This document shows positions 56,692-56,698 of a DNA stretch of 56,698 nt, piece by piece. The notes beneath the pieces were generated by a model. The model was not told the DNA's origin. It searched no databases and saw only the letters and a program-made list of their open reading frames with translations. Numbering within the stretch: position 1 is the first letter of the stretch; each line of letters opens with the position of its first letter. The stretch is from an uncultured Armatimonadales bacterium (GTDB lineage: Bacteria > Armatimonadota > Armatimonadia > Armatimonadales > Capsulimonadaceae): NCBI GenBank assembly GCA_964249345.1, contig CAXUBO010000008.1, forward strand, positions 1-56,698, in the 5' to 3' direction. Both the position numbers and the translations under genes were made by a program.

Positions 56692-56698
56692 TTACTTA

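Larger units (their letters stand above)
55638..56698 (+). mobile_element. IS630-family insertion sequence, reaching the window edge
   Basis: Two-ORF transposase with an A8G slippery run. Left end TAAGTAGTTGTGCA (55638-55651) matches the reverse complement of the last 14 nt of the window (TAAGTAACTACGCA) at 10/14 positions, including the first 6. Confidence 0.7.

Noticed and set aside
1-56698. tRNA, tmRNA or rRNA genes as integration targets
   Set aside because: I scanned the intergenic regions (5451-5560, 9832-10324, 25441-25603, 50353-50760, 55334-55690) for T-loop-like GTTCGAATC-type sequences and cloverleaf symmetry. None was seen by eye, but tRNAscan-SE should confirm.

Overview
High-GC bacterial window that looks like a whole contig, because its right edge coincides with the end of an IS630-family element. 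No rRNA, tRNA or CRISPR array was seen. It reads as three blocks. (1) 1-15.2 kb is accessory/mobile DNA. It holds an XRE regulator, a split RecB/Cas4-like nuclease plus Upf1/DNA2-like SF1 helicase module with a small coupled ORF, a large serine recombinase, an excisionase-type HTH gene, and a 1268-aa STAND/Avs-like NTPase. (2) 15.2-25.4 kb looks chromosomal. It holds an OmpR/histidine-kinase pair, secreted Thr/Gly-rich proteins, a Tat-signal intradiol-dioxygenase-like protein, a PEP-CTERM protein, a DUF3500-like protein, a HupE/UreJ-like membrane protein and a decayed receiver-PP2C gene. (3) 25.6-55.3 kb is a dense defence/mobile island. It holds an RHH gene plus an internally duplicated protein, a Cas4-like nuclease, an HNH-AP2 endonuclease, and a complete class 1 DISARM system (drmD-drmMI-drmA-drmB-drmC). 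It also holds an XRE-controlled cluster of four small membrane proteins, a primase-like gene, integrase and methyltransferase remnants, a HEPN-motif (STM4504/AbiJ-like) gene with an overlapping small DNA-binding ORF, and a second paralogous large serine recombinase. Three tandem-repeat arrays and the IS630 element follow. The best candidate for something undescribed is a two-gene cassette inserted between drmMI and drmA: a HipT-like (N-terminally short) HipA-family kinase, followed by a protein whose N-terminus resembles the HipA N-subdomain/HipS antitoxin and whose C-terminus resembles a HIRAN DNA-end-binding domain. All family assignments come from motifs read by eye and recalled family patterns. 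No database search was run.
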